Sequence record: NZ_CP040051.1
Source: a plasmid
Strand: one strand, 5' to 3'
DNA length: 64,000 nucleotides
In this document: one piece after another, positions 18,764 to 28,315 of the stretch
How the letters are laid out: the number at the start of each line of letters is the position of its first letter
How positions within the stretch are numbered: position 1 is the first letter of the stretch
Notes under the pieces: generated by a model
Databases searched by the model: none
What the model saw: only the letters and a program-made list of their open reading frames with translations
Told to the model about the DNA's origin: nothing
Translations under genes and position numbers: made by a program

Positions 18764-19372
18764 TTGGGACAGAATGCGGCCATTTATTGCCGAGTATCAA
18801 CGAACGATCAGTCCTGCGAACGACAGGAATATGACCTACGTGCCTACGCCAATCGTTGCGGCTACGATGTTGTCGGTGTTTGGAAAGAAACTGCATCAGG
18901 CAGTAAGGATGAGAGATTGCAAAGAAAATACTTGATGACCATGGCGCAATCTCGTGAAATCGATGCCATCTTGGTGACGGAATTGACACGCTGGGGCAGA
19001 AGCACCGTGGATCTCGTACAGTCATTACAAGATCTTGGGCATTTCGGGGTATCTCTGGTGGCACAAACAGGTTTGCAGTTTGACCTTTCCACATCTCAGG
19101 GAAAGCTCATGGCTTCTGTGATGTCTGCATTAGCAGAGTTTGAGGGAGATTTACTACGTGAACGTGTGCGCTCTGGTGTAGCAGCGGCACAAGCGCGGGG
19201 CGTTGTGTTTGGTCGTCGTCCTGGTCAACGTACCAAGTCAGATCGTCTGGCACCTAAAGTGTTGGAGTTGGTGTCTGCTGGACACTCTTATCGACAAGTC
19301 GGTCGGCTGGTCAATCTAAGCAAAAATACCGTGTTGGATATCGTTAAAAGAAGTCGGAGTGAAAATCCTTAG
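18764..19372 (+). CDS. tnpR: Serine recombinase / resolvase TnpR
   Basis: TTG start with an AGGAGG RBS. The catalytic YCRVST motif is present, with a C-terminal HTH. The stop codon lies inside the IR. Confidence 0.85.
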   Translation: MGQNAAIYCRVSTNDQSCERQEYDLRAYANRCGYDVVGVWKETASGSKDERLQRKYLMTMAQSREIDAILVTELTRWGRSTVDLVQSLQDLGHFGVSLVAQTGLQFDLSTSQGKLMASVMSALAEFEGDLLRERVRSGVAAAQARGVVFGRRPGQRTKSDRLAPKVLELVSAGHSYRQVGRLVNLSKNTVLDIVKRSRSENP

Positions 19373-19429
19373 CGTGCTATATTTTCCGTTTCCTGAGACG
19401 ACCCCTATAAAGCCTTTATTTGCTTAAGC

Positions 19430-19873
19430 TTGGAAATGGATGTTGATTTTGATGATGAGGAATGCCTGAATACCTTTATTCTGTCCATGTCTAAGGCCTT
19501 CAAGTACATAAACTTTAACGAGTTTTATGTCGAAAGATTTTTGGGTGGTTATGATGATGCAGTCGTCAAGCATGTGGTGGGATATGTGGAGTCGATTAGT
19601 CCAATTTCTCGGTCAAAGCCCAAGGCTTTTTCGGCATTAACCAAGAGTCTGCTTAAGCACAATTTTCTGGTGGGTAATCATAACTTTTGCCTCATTTGTG
19701 ATGGATTGATCTATCTTGATTCTACTGAATCGGATCATCGGATTGCCAAAGCCGTAGGTGGGCAAGGTGTTCTAGAGAATGGTCTGCTGGTTCATCCCAT
19801 CTGTAATAGAATGAAATCAGATCTGAGTCTGGAAGAGATTAGAGCGGATTTGTTTGGTGAATTACTGTATTAA
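19430..19873 (+). CDS. HNH endonuclease domain protein
   Basis: C-terminal HNH motif CLICDG...DHRIAKAVGG...N..VHPICNRMKSD. It starts 24 bp after the transposon IR. Confidence 0.7.
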   Translation: MEMDVDFDDEECLNTFILSMSKAFKYINFNEFYVERFLGGYDDAVVKHVVGYVESISPISRSKPKAFSALTKSLLKHNFLVGNHNFCLICDGLIYLDSTESDHRIAKAVGGQGVLENGLLVHPICNRMKSDLSLEEIRADLFGELLY

Positions 19874-20028
19874 TCAACAGAGCGATGAGCTCATTTTTGC
19901 AGATGTATCAATGATTAATCACATGATTTAACTTTTGATACATTCAGCCAATGTGGTTATTTTTAATTCAGTCCAGAATCACAACCAGAAACTAGCTGTA
20001 GTTTCTGAATGACCGTCAAGGTCCTTAG

Positions 20029-20064
20029 TTTCGCCCATAGATTCCCTCTGTGGGCTTTTTTTGA
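20029..20064 (+). terminator. Rho-independent terminator downstream of the HNH gene
   Basis: GCCCACAG..CTGTGGGC stem plus T7. Confidence 0.55.
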
Positions 20065-20423
20065 TCAAAAATTGTATAGATGCTCTAAAATAAACCTTTT
20101 AGCATTTCATAAGCAATTAGGATTAAGGCTGAGACCATCAGCACAACAAAAATGAGTTCCACTCTAGTTAACATCTTAGTTCCATTTACTTTTCACTTAA
20201 TTTATATAGCAGTTAACTCGTAGCATCAATGAAATAACATGACATGGAAAATAATCAAAAAGACAGAATTTGGATTTTGATCAGATCTGCATGTTTACAT
20301 GCTTCTACAGCAGCTTTGAATGTTTCACTTAACCTTTAAACTTTTCTTAAAACTAAATATATTTACATATACATTCTAAAATTTGATAGAATTTATTAAA
20401 ACTTTAGATTCTAAGTGTAAATA

Positions 20424-21656
20424 ATGAGAAGCGCTAATATTCGACGTGATGGCTACTTAAAATTTCTGAATACATGGCAAGACCGTGATGTCATTAAAGT
20501 ACTTTCAGGTGTGCGTCGCTCTGGAAAATCCACCTTATTGGCGATGTTTCAACAAGACCTAAAAGCACAGGGTGTACAAGCCGAAAACATCATTGCCATC
20601 AACTTCGAATTTATGGAATTTGAAGAACTCACCGATTACCGTAAACTACATGATTATGTATTGTCCAAAGTTGATAAAAGTAAAAAAAACTATGTTTTTT
20701 TAGATGAAATACAACATGTTACAAATTTTGAGAAAGTAGTCGACTCTTTATATGTTCGGGATTATATCGATTTATATATTACAGGCTCAAATGCATTCTT
20801 TCTAAGTGGAGAACTTGCGACTTTACTTACAGGACGCTATATAGAGCAACATGTTTTACCCCTTTCATTCCAAGAATTTAAACAGTGGCATATTGAAAAT
20901 AATCCGATCATCCAACAATTATCCAATCGTGATTTGTATGCCATGTATACGCGCAGTAGTTTCCCTTATACGCTTGCCATGACTAGCCAGCAGGAAACCT
21001 ATGATTACTTGCAAGCGGTCTATGCCAGTGTAATGTTTAAAGATGTTATTCCCCGTTTGAATACTGCCGATATTAACTCTCTCGAGCGTGTCGCAAGATA
21101 TTTGGCAAGCGTGACAGGCTCACCTATTTCCATCAATAAAATTAAAAATACCTTTGTTTCAAGTGGGGTTAAGATTTCATTTGAAACAGTAAAACGCTAT
21201 ATTCAGGGCTTACAGGACAGTTTGCTATTTTATAGTGCCGCACAGTTTAAAGTACGCGGGCGTGAGTTATTACAATCCTCTGAAAAATACTATTTAGTTG
21301 ATGTCGGATTGCGCCGGATTATGTTGCCTGATGCTAATGCTGATCAAGGTCATATCCTAGAAAATGTGATTTATCTTGAGCTTGTCAGACGAGGTTATAC
21401 GGTCTATGTAGGGCGGGTTGATGAATATGAAATTGATTTTGTTGCTGTCGATACTTTACAGAATTTAACTTATTATCAGGTGGCATTAGAAACGCTCAAT
21501 GAGGAGACACTCAGCCGAGAGTTACGTCCATTACAGAAAATTTCTGATTCGTATCCCAAGTATTTGCTTACCTTAGACACGATAGGGACTGAAGCGAATT
21601 ATAATGGTATTGTAAAAATGAGTGCTCTCGATTGGTTGCTATCTGAAAATAAGTAA
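20424..21656 (+). CDS. AAA+ ATPase with C-terminal DUF4143 (AAA_14 family)
   Basis: Walker A GVRRSGKST, Walker B FLDEIQ and a C-terminal YYLVDVGLRR motif. Confidence 0.75.
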   Translation: MRSANIRRDGYLKFLNTWQDRDVIKVLSGVRRSGKSTLLAMFQQDLKAQGVQAENIIAINFEFMEFEELTDYRKLHDYVLSKVDKSKKNYVFLDEIQHVTNFEKVVDSLYVRDYIDLYITGSNAFFLSGELATLLTGRYIEQHVLPLSFQEFKQWHIENNPIIQQLSNRDLYAMYTRSSFPYTLAMTSQQETYDYLQAVYASVMFKDVIPRLNTADINSLERVARYLASVTGSPISINKIKNTFVSSGVKISFETVKRYIQGLQDSLLFYSAAQFKVRGRELLQSSEKYYLVDVGLRRIMLPDANADQGHILENVIYLELVRRGYTVYVGRVDEYEIDFVAVDTLQNLTYYQVALETLNEETLSRELRPLQKISDSYPKYLLTLDTIGTEANYNGIVKMSALDWLLSENK

Positions 21657-21719
21657 AGTTGAGGGTAGACATGGATACTCTTATTTATTAATTAAAACTC
21701 AAAGACTTTTCAGCATCAT

Positions 21720-21913
21720 TCAAGAATGTATTCAAGCATAATTTCTGCTCCAATTGTGATGGATCGATTTACCTCGATTCGATTGAGTCAGACTATCATG
21801 ATTGAGCCAGAGTCGCTTACTGAAAGTAGCGAGAATTGCGCTGGAGTTTCTGAAGGATATTAATTCCTTAGTTTGCCCATTCATCCATCTGGGCATTTTT
21901 TTTGATCAAAATA
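21720..21913 (+). pseudogene. Degenerate partial copy of the HNH cassette (19670..20064), including its terminator
   Basis: FCSNCDGSIYLDSIESDYHD* corresponds to FCLICDGLIYLDSTESDHRI. The 3-prime segment and a GCCCA..TGGGC-T9 terminator are also paralogous. Confidence 0.6.
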
Positions 21914-21927
21914 CAGTGCTGTTCTTG

Positions 21928-22257
21928 CTAAAAAATGACGGCACCCACCATAAAACACAATATTCCAAAAATAATCCAAGGCCAGATCTTTGTCTTCGGT
22001 TGTTCTAAATTCTGAGGATTATATTCCGTGTGTTCTAGCGATGTCGGTTGTGGAACACGGGTCTTTTTAGAGTAAGGTTGGTGTTTAGAGTAAGATAGTC
22101 CCGTACCTGGAATGCCGACACTGGTTCGCGTACCTTTTTTCCCAATATTTAGAGAAGCACCAGGTTTGCCAATGCTGGCACTGCTGATGCCTTTATGGGT
22201 CAGATTAATTTTAAAACCCGGGAATAATTTAATACTTTTACGAAATCTAAAACCCAT
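21928..22257 (-). CDS. DUF4236-like small protein with C-terminal TM helix
   Basis: 109-aa ORF with an N-terminal MGFRFRKSIKL.. motif reminiscent of DUF4236 and a hydrophobic tail. Confidence 0.45.
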   Translation of the reverse strand: MGFRFRKSIKLFPGFKINLTHKGISSASIGKPGASLNIGKKGTRTSVGIPGTGLSYSKHQPYSKKTRVPQPTSLEHTEYNPQNLEQPKTKIWPWIIFGILCFMVGAVIF

Positions 22258-22450
22258 ATTTCTCTCATTCTAAAACTTAGCTCAATTCACGCGCTATACC
22301 AGGATCCATGATCTGCTAGAGATCGTACTTTGACGGCTATCATCAGGATACTAGTATATTTTTTATCTGATGATTGCAATACTACCTTTAAATACCGTCA
22401 AAAATGTTTACTGTATATTTGCTGTAGGGTAATCTTAAAGCTGCTATTTA

Positions 22451-23332
22451 TTGACTGATTGGTATATGACGACAGATAAGCATGAAGTCCTGCTACGAAT
22501 GCGAGCCATCGAGCTGCTTGCTTACTGGGAAGGTCGTTTGGTTACCAATCGTTTGATGAGCTGGTTTGGGCTGAGTCGACAGCAGGCTTCTGCGGATATC
22601 AAGCGTTACAATACGCTGTATAACCCCGATGCCTTGATTCATGACCCCTCCGTAAAAGGCTATGTGCCTAAAGCCACGTTTCAACCGGTGCTGACTACCG
22701 TACATATCAATGAATATCTCAATATGCTCTCGGGCTTGGTCAGTGAATCGCATGCGCTGATTGCGATGCCAGAACCGAATCTTGCAGCAGTTCAATTACC
22801 TGATCGCAGTGTACGTCCTGAAGTGATTCGGGAAGTTTTGCGTGCCTGCCGCAACCAAAGTACTTTAAAAATGATTTATGCCTCGATGCAGAATCCGCAG
22901 TGGCATGAACGCATGATTTCCCCACATACCCTGGTGTATACCGGTTTTCGCTGGCATGTCCGTGCCTATTGCCATCAGAGCAAGCAGTTTAAGGACTTTT
23001 TACTCTCCAGAATTGATCGCACACCTGTTGTGGTGGCGATTGAGTCAGTAGACCCTGCTCAGGATCAGCAATGGCATGAAGAAATTCTACTGACGCTGAT
23101 CCCTAATCCAAAATTGAATGAAGCTCAAAAAGTGCTGGTCGAAAAAGACTTCGGCATGCCTGATGGCAGATTACAGATTCCGGTCAAAAAAGCCCTGGCT
23201 CACTATACCTTGCAGCGATATCAGGCCGCGATCACGCTGGCTGAGGCGGATGATGCCTTGAAATATCCCTTGGTACTACAACGCTCAGATATCGAAAAGC
23301 TGTCGTCTTACCTGTTTGATCAGGCCTCATAG
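22451..23332 (+). CDS. brxR: BrxR-type WYL-domain transcriptional regulator (HTH-WYL-WCX)
   Basis: 293 aa, positioned immediately upstream of brxA. An N-terminal HTH and a central WYL-like region (YTGFRWHVRAYCHQS) are present. Confidence 0.75.
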   Translation: MTDWYMTTDKHEVLLRMRAIELLAYWEGRLVTNRLMSWFGLSRQQASADIKRYNTLYNPDALIHDPSVKGYVPKATFQPVLTTVHINEYLNMLSGLVSESHALIAMPEPNLAAVQLPDRSVRPEVIREVLRACRNQSTLKMIYASMQNPQWHERMISPHTLVYTGFRWHVRAYCHQSKQFKDFLLSRIDRTPVVVAIESVDPAQDQQWHEEILLTLIPNPKLNEAQKVLVEKDFGMPDGRLQIPVKKALAHYTLQRYQAAITLAEADDALKYPLVLQRSDIEKLSSYLFDQAS

Positions 23333-23342
23333 GAGATTGACC

Positions 23343-23954
23343 ATGTTAGAACAATTTCATTATGACAGTGACCTGATTGGTGGCTCCCTGATGGTGCGTG
23401 AAAGCCGGCTGATCGCGGATCTGTTATTACGAGAAGCGACTCCAGAACAATGGCATCAGGCAATTCAGATTGACAATATTCTGCAAAAAAGAACGCCTGC
23501 TTCAGCCCAACGTAACGCCACTGCCATTCGTAAGCGTCTTGAGCGCTTAGAGCCTGATTTCTGGAAAGCACTACGTGATGGGGATGATGAGCTGGCGACC
23601 CAGGTGGCTTTTTGTGGTGCACTGGAACGCAACCTGTTGCTGCTTGAGTTTATGGAAACGGTGATGAGGGATGCCTATATCTCTCAGGCGCAACACTTGG
23701 ACAGTTATATCTGGTCAGATTTTTTGGATGAACGCTCACAACGTGATCCGGATATCTGTGATTGGAAAGAGTCCAGCAAGAAAAAAATGGGGCAGGTGGT
23801 GTTTCGCATGCTGGCAGAAGCCGGTTACTTAAAAAGTACCCGTAAGCTGGAGTTGCAGCGCGTGATCGTCAGAGCAGAGCTGCGTAGCCTGTTGGAAGAA
23901 CATTATAAACAACGCATTAAAAGATCTATGGAAGTGTCGCTATGGACGCGGTAG
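23343..23954 (+). CDS. brxA: BREX protein BrxA (DUF1819)
   Basis: About 200 aa, the first gene of the brxABC-pglX-pglZ-brxL array, with an AGGAG RBS. Start chosen at MLEQFHYD. Confidence 0.75.
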   Translation: MLEQFHYDSDLIGGSLMVRESRLIADLLLREATPEQWHQAIQIDNILQKRTPASAQRNATAIRKRLERLEPDFWKALRDGDDELATQVAFCGALERNLLLLEFMETVMRDAYISQAQHLDSYIWSDFLDERSQRDPDICDWKESSKKKMGQVVFRMLAEAGYLKSTRKLELQRVIVRAELRSLLEEHYKQRIKRSMEVSLWTR

Positions 23955-23970
23955 TTGTAGAGGGGCAGCA

Positions 23971-24546
23971 ATGAGTCAAACAATACATGAGCGTCTGAAC
24001 CAGATTCCAGAGCGAATTCTTTCCACTGAGTTTCTCACTGGACAAGGATTGGGCAATGAAATTGGCTTCTGGATTTTTGATTATGCGCCTGAAGATGAGT
24101 TGAAAGTGCGCGAATATCTGCATTTTCTAGACGGGATGCTAGAGAAAAAACACAGTCAGCTGAAGGTGGTGAATATCAACCTGCTGCAAGCCGTGGTGGA
24201 CTATCTGGCTGAGCGTAACTTCATCGATAAAGCTATTCAAATGCAAAAAGCCAAAGGCGATGAGGTGCTGCTCAAAGCGCTGAAAGGCCCACTGCATATG
24301 GATAAGTTCGCGCCCTATCTGGTGAGTAAATATGCCACCAATGCGCAAGATATTGTGTTGATGACTGGGGTTGGGTCGGTTTGGCCACTGTTACGTGCCC
24401 ATCACTTATTGAACAGTTTGCATTCGTTACTGGGACATAAGCCAGTGGTGCTGTTTTACCCAGGTTATTACGACGGTCAAGCGATGAGTTTATTTGGAAA
24501 AATTCCAAGCAACAATTACTACAGAGCATTCAGATTAGTGCCTTAA
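23971..24546 (+). CDS. brxB: BREX protein BrxB (DUF1788)
   Basis: 191 aa in the conserved position. Confidence 0.75.
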   Translation: MSQTIHERLNQIPERILSTEFLTGQGLGNEIGFWIFDYAPEDELKVREYLHFLDGMLEKKHSQLKVVNINLLQAVVDYLAERNFIDKAIQMQKAKGDEVLLKALKGPLHMDKFAPYLVSKYATNAQDIVLMTGVGSVWPLLRAHHLLNSLHSLLGHKPVVLFYPGYYDGQAMSLFGKIPSNNYYRAFRLVP

Positions 24547-24587
24547 ACACGGCAAATAGAAATAAGAATTCGGGGGAATGGATTGAG

Positions 24588-27500
24588 ATGAACATTAAAG
24601 AACTTTTTTACAAGCCATTAGATCGTGCAATTAACGGGGTGGTGAAGGCAGATCAGGATGATAATGCCACGGTTTACCAGGAGCTGGATGAGTACGTGGT
24701 CACCAATGAGCTGGAAAAGCATTTTCGTGACTTTTTCCAGTCCTATGGTACAGACCTCAGCGACCCTTCGATTGCCAATCGTGTCGGCGTGTGGATTTCT
24801 GGCTTCTTTGGTTCAGGTAAATCACATTTCCTGAAAACCTTGTCGTATATTCTGGCCAATAAAGTGGCACGTGACGCGGAAGGTAACGAACGCAGTGCTG
24901 CAGAATTCTTTGATGAAAGCAAAATCCGGGATGCGTTTATCCGTGCGGATATTGGTAAAGCGGTTAGTCATCATGCCGATGTCATCCTATTTAATATCGA
25001 CAGTAAAGCCAGCTCCAATGATGATGGTAATCCGATTCTGAATGTGTTTTTACGCGTGTTTAACGAATATCAGGGTTTTAGTGCCGATCATCCACATATT
25101 GCACATATGGAACGTCACCTGAGCCAGAAAGGGGTGTATGAGCGCTTTAAACAGGCTTTTGAAGAATCTAGCGGCATGTCTTGGCTAGAAGAACGTGACG
25201 GCTATCAGTTCTATCAGGATGATGTCGAAACCGCAATTTCCCAAGCCCTCAACTTATCAGCAGAAGCGGCACACAAGTGGTTTGAGGATTCTGAGCAGAC
25301 TTTTAGTGTTTCGGTCGAAAACTTCTGTCAGTGGGTGAAAGAATACCTAGACAGCAAAGGACCCCAGCAACGCATATTGTTTCTGGTGGATGAGGTGGGG
25401 CAGTTTATTGGCAGTGATACCCGCTTGATGCTGACACTGCAAACCATTACTGAAAACTTGGGTACGATCTGTAAAGGCCGCGCTTGGATTATCGTCACCT
25501 CACAGGCAGACATCGATGCTGTTTTAGGTGAGATGTCTTCTTCCAAAGCCAATGACTTCTCCAAGATTGCTGGACGTTTTAAAACCCGTTTATCGCTGTC
25601 CAGTTCAAATACCGATGAAGTCATCCAGAAACGTTTATTACGTAAAACCCCAGAAGCTGAAGCATTGCTCAGATCGGTGTTTGAGCAAAAGGGCGATATC
25701 TTAAAAAATCAGATTACCTTTGACCGTTCAGGCCCAACCCTCAAGAACTATGAGGGGCCAGACAGTTTTATTCATAACTATCCTTTTGCGCCGTACCATT
25801 TCCAGCTGGTGCAAAAAGTATTTGAAGAAATCCGTAAAGTCGGTGCGACTGGTGCACATCTGGCCTATGGTGAACGGTCCATGCTGGATGCGTTCCAGAT
25901 GGCCGCGAATGCGATTGCCACCGATGAAGTCGGTGCCCTGGTTCCTTTCCACCGCTTCTATACTTCAGTCGAAGGCTTCCTGGATACTGCAGTGAAGCGT
26001 ACCATCGACCAGGCAGGGCAGAATAAGACCCTGGATGGTTTTGATGTGCAGATGCTGCGTACCCTGTTCATGATCCGCTATGTCGATATCATCAAAGGTA
26101 CGCTGGATAACCTGGTGACTTTATCGATTGAGAAAATTGATGAAGATAAGCTGGCATTGCGCAAGCGGATTGAAGAGAGCCTGCAGCGTCTAGAAAAAGA
26201 GAGCCTGATTACGAGGAATGGCGATGAGTTCCTGTTCCTGACCAATGAAGAGCGGGACATTACCCGCAAAATTAAAGCCACAGACTTAGCAGCTTCAGAA
26301 GAAAATAAAGAGTTAGCCAATCTGATCTTTAAAGATTTACTGCGCGATCAGAACAAATACCGCCATCAAGCCAACAAGATGGACTATCAGATTGGTCGTT
26401 TTCTGGATGGTCATAGCCTGGATGGCAAGTATGAGAGTGATTTGAAAGTTGAAATCATTTCTCCACTGGATACGGAATACAACCTCTACACAGAAGCTTT
26501 CTGTATTGGTAAGAGCGCCGAGGCCGAAGGGCAGATACTGTTTAAACTGGCAGACGATAAACAGTTCTTTAATGAACTGCGCACCTGGCTGAAAACCAAT
26601 AAATTTATTCGGTTAAATGATGATGGCACTCAGTCCGATATCACCCGTATCCTGGCAGACCGTGGCCGTGAGAATCAGGAGCGTAAAAAACGTCTGCGTG
26701 TCCGGGTCGAAGAAATGTTGCTGGAGGCGGAAAGTTATGCCTTGGGGCAACATCTACAACTTTCATCTTCAAGTCCAACCACCAAGCTGGATGAGGCTTG
26801 TCGTTATTTGCTGGAAAACACTTATACCAAACTGAGCTATTTGCAGGTCTATCAGCAGGATGTCTGGCGTGAACTGAACGCCGTCTTGACTGTGGATGAT
26901 ATGGCGCAGCTCGGATTGTCTCTGGATGGCGGGCAGAGCAATCCGAAAGCCCTACAGGATGTCGAACAGTACATCTCGCTGCGTGCAACCGGTACCGAAC
27001 GTATTCTGGTGTCAGATGTGGTGGATCGTTTTGCCAAACGTCCTTATGGCTGGCCAGATGCCGAGATTTTACTGTTGGTGGGTCAGCTGGCTGCGATGGG
27101 GCGGATTTCACTGCAGTTAAATGGCGGCAGCTTACAGTTAAAAGATGCCTTTGAGCCTTTACAAAACAGCCGCCGTCGCCGTGATGTTTCCATTATTAAA
27201 AAGCGCCAGACTGATGATCAGGTATTGAAACAGGCACGCCAACTCACCCAAGACCTATTCTCGGCCATGGGACCAGCGACTGAGAAAGAGCTATTTGAAT
27301 TCTATTTGAAGCATTTTAAGACTTGGTTAGCCAACTTTAAGTCGTACAAAAGCAAAACAGATGTCGGGCAGTTCCCGGGCAAGAAAGTGATTGAAAAGTC
27401 GATTCTGACTTTGGAACGTCTGCTGGCGAATAGCGATAGCTTCGATTTCTTTAAGGCCGTGGTCGAGAACAAGGACGACTATTTGGATCTGGAAGAAGAT

Positions 27501-28268
27501 TATCGTGACATTCATGAATTCTTTAGCAACCAGATGCCAAGCTGGCAGCAACTGCAACAGGCCTTACGTCATTTTGAGAAAAACAAACAGGCGCTGGGCA
27601 GTGATGAGCTGGCGAAAAAAGCCCTCTCCGAATTACATCGCATTTCGACCACTGAATCACCCTATGGCCTGTTAAATAAAGTCGCTGATTTGGTTCGTAC
27701 AGTGGAAAGCGTCAATCAACGCTTGCTGACTGAAAAGCGCAGTCAGGCGCTAGAGCAAATTGATGACAAGATCAAGCAGCTGGAAGCCGAGATTAAAAAC
27801 AGTGGTATTGCCACCGCTGAGCTGAGTAACAAGCTACTGCGTCCGCTGCAATTGCTCAAAGCGGATATCGAAGTGGAAAGCAGCCTGTCCACCATCTATA
27901 TGCTGCAAACCCAAACCGCCATTGAACGTTTTGATGAAGCCTTATATGAGCTGGAACGAGAAGTTCAGGCTGAAATTCAGCGTCAGGCCAAAGCGGCACA
28001 ACTGGCTCAGAGCAAAGCAGAGAGTGTAACCAACACTGCAACCACCTCCAGCCCAGCAACATCAGAACCTGCTGCGATTCTGGTACAGCCTGCGACAGCC
28101 GTAGTGCCACCGAAACCAGTGGTGGAAGTCGATGTCGCCAGCATTTACAGCAAAACCTCCAGCAGTGTCTATCTGGAAACGGAAGAGTCAGTGGATCAGT
28201 TTGTAGAAGCACTCAAAGCTGAATTGAAAAAAATTGTGAGTGATAAAAAGCGTGTGCGTATCCGCTAA
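24588..28268 (+). CDS. brxC: BREX ATPase BrxC/PglY
   Basis: 1226 aa with an N-terminal P-loop GFFGSGKSHFLKT. Confidence 0.85.
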   Translation: MNIKELFYKPLDRAINGVVKADQDDNATVYQELDEYVVTNELEKHFRDFFQSYGTDLSDPSIANRVGVWISGFFGSGKSHFLKTLSYILANKVARDAEGNERSAAEFFDESKIRDAFIRADIGKAVSHHADVILFNIDSKASSNDDGNPILNVFLRVFNEYQGFSADHPHIAHMERHLSQKGVYERFKQAFEESSGMSWLEERDGYQFYQDDVETAISQALNLSAEAAHKWFEDSEQTFSVSVENFCQWVKEYLDSKGPQQRILFLVDEVGQFIGSDTRLMLTLQTITENLGTICKGRAWIIVTSQADIDAVLGEMSSSKANDFSKIAGRFKTRLSLSSSNTDEVIQKRLLRKTPEAEALLRSVFEQKGDILKNQITFDRSGPTLKNYEGPDSFIHNYPFAPYHFQLVQKVFEEIRKVGATGAHLAYGERSMLDAFQMAANAIATDEVGALVPFHRFYTSVEGFLDTAVKRTIDQAGQNKTLDGFDVQMLRTLFMIRYVDIIKGTLDNLVTLSIEKIDEDKLALRKRIEESLQRLEKESLITRNGDEFLFLTNEERDITRKIKATDLAASEENKELANLIFKDLLRDQNKYRHQANKMDYQIGRFLDGHSLDGKYESDLKVEIISPLDTEYNLYTEAFCIGKSAEAEGQILFKLADDKQFFNELRTWLKTNKFIRLNDDGTQSDITRILADRGRENQERKKRLRVRVEEMLLEAESYALGQHLQLSSSSPTTKLDEACRYLLENTYTKLSYLQVYQQDVWRELNAVLTVDDMAQLGLSLDGGQSNPKALQDVEQYISLRATGTERILVSDVVDRFAKRPYGWPDAEILLLVGQLAAMGRISLQLNGGSLQLKDAFEPLQNSRRRRDVSIIKKRQTDDQVLKQARQLTQDLFSAMGPATEKELFEFYLKHFKTWLANFKSYKSKTDVGQFPGKKVIEKSILTLERLLANSDSFDFFKAVVENKDDYLDLEEDYRDIHEFFSNQMPSWQQLQQALRHFEKNKQALGSDELAKKALSELHRISTTESPYGLLNKVADLVRTVESVNQRLLTEKRSQALEQIDDKIKQLEAEIKNSGIATAELSNKLLRPLQLLKADIEVESSLSTIYMLQTQTAIERFDEALYELEREVQAEIQRQAKAAQLAQSKAESVTNTATTSSPATSEPAAILVQPATAVVPPKPVVEVDVASIYSKTSSSVYLETEESVDQFVEALKAELKKIVSDKKRVRIR

Positions 28269-28315
28269 CTCGGGTTAGGGATATCGGCATCAGTCATTAA
28301 TTAAAGGTTTAAAGA

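Larger units (their letters stand above)
15671..19405. mobile_element. Tn5393-like Tn3-family transposon consisting only of tnpA-res-tnpR (no cargo)
   Basis: 38-bp IRs GGGGTCGTCTCAGGAAACGGAAAATATAGCACGCTAAGG lie at 15671..15708 and inverted at 19368..19405. They enclose divergent tnpA and tnpR genes. Confidence 0.85.

Noticed and set aside
20100-20420. The AT-rich 550-bp gap between the HNH and ATPase genes, as a possible origin or iteron region
   Set aside because: No direct repeats or iterons were found on inspection; it is probably just a promoter region.
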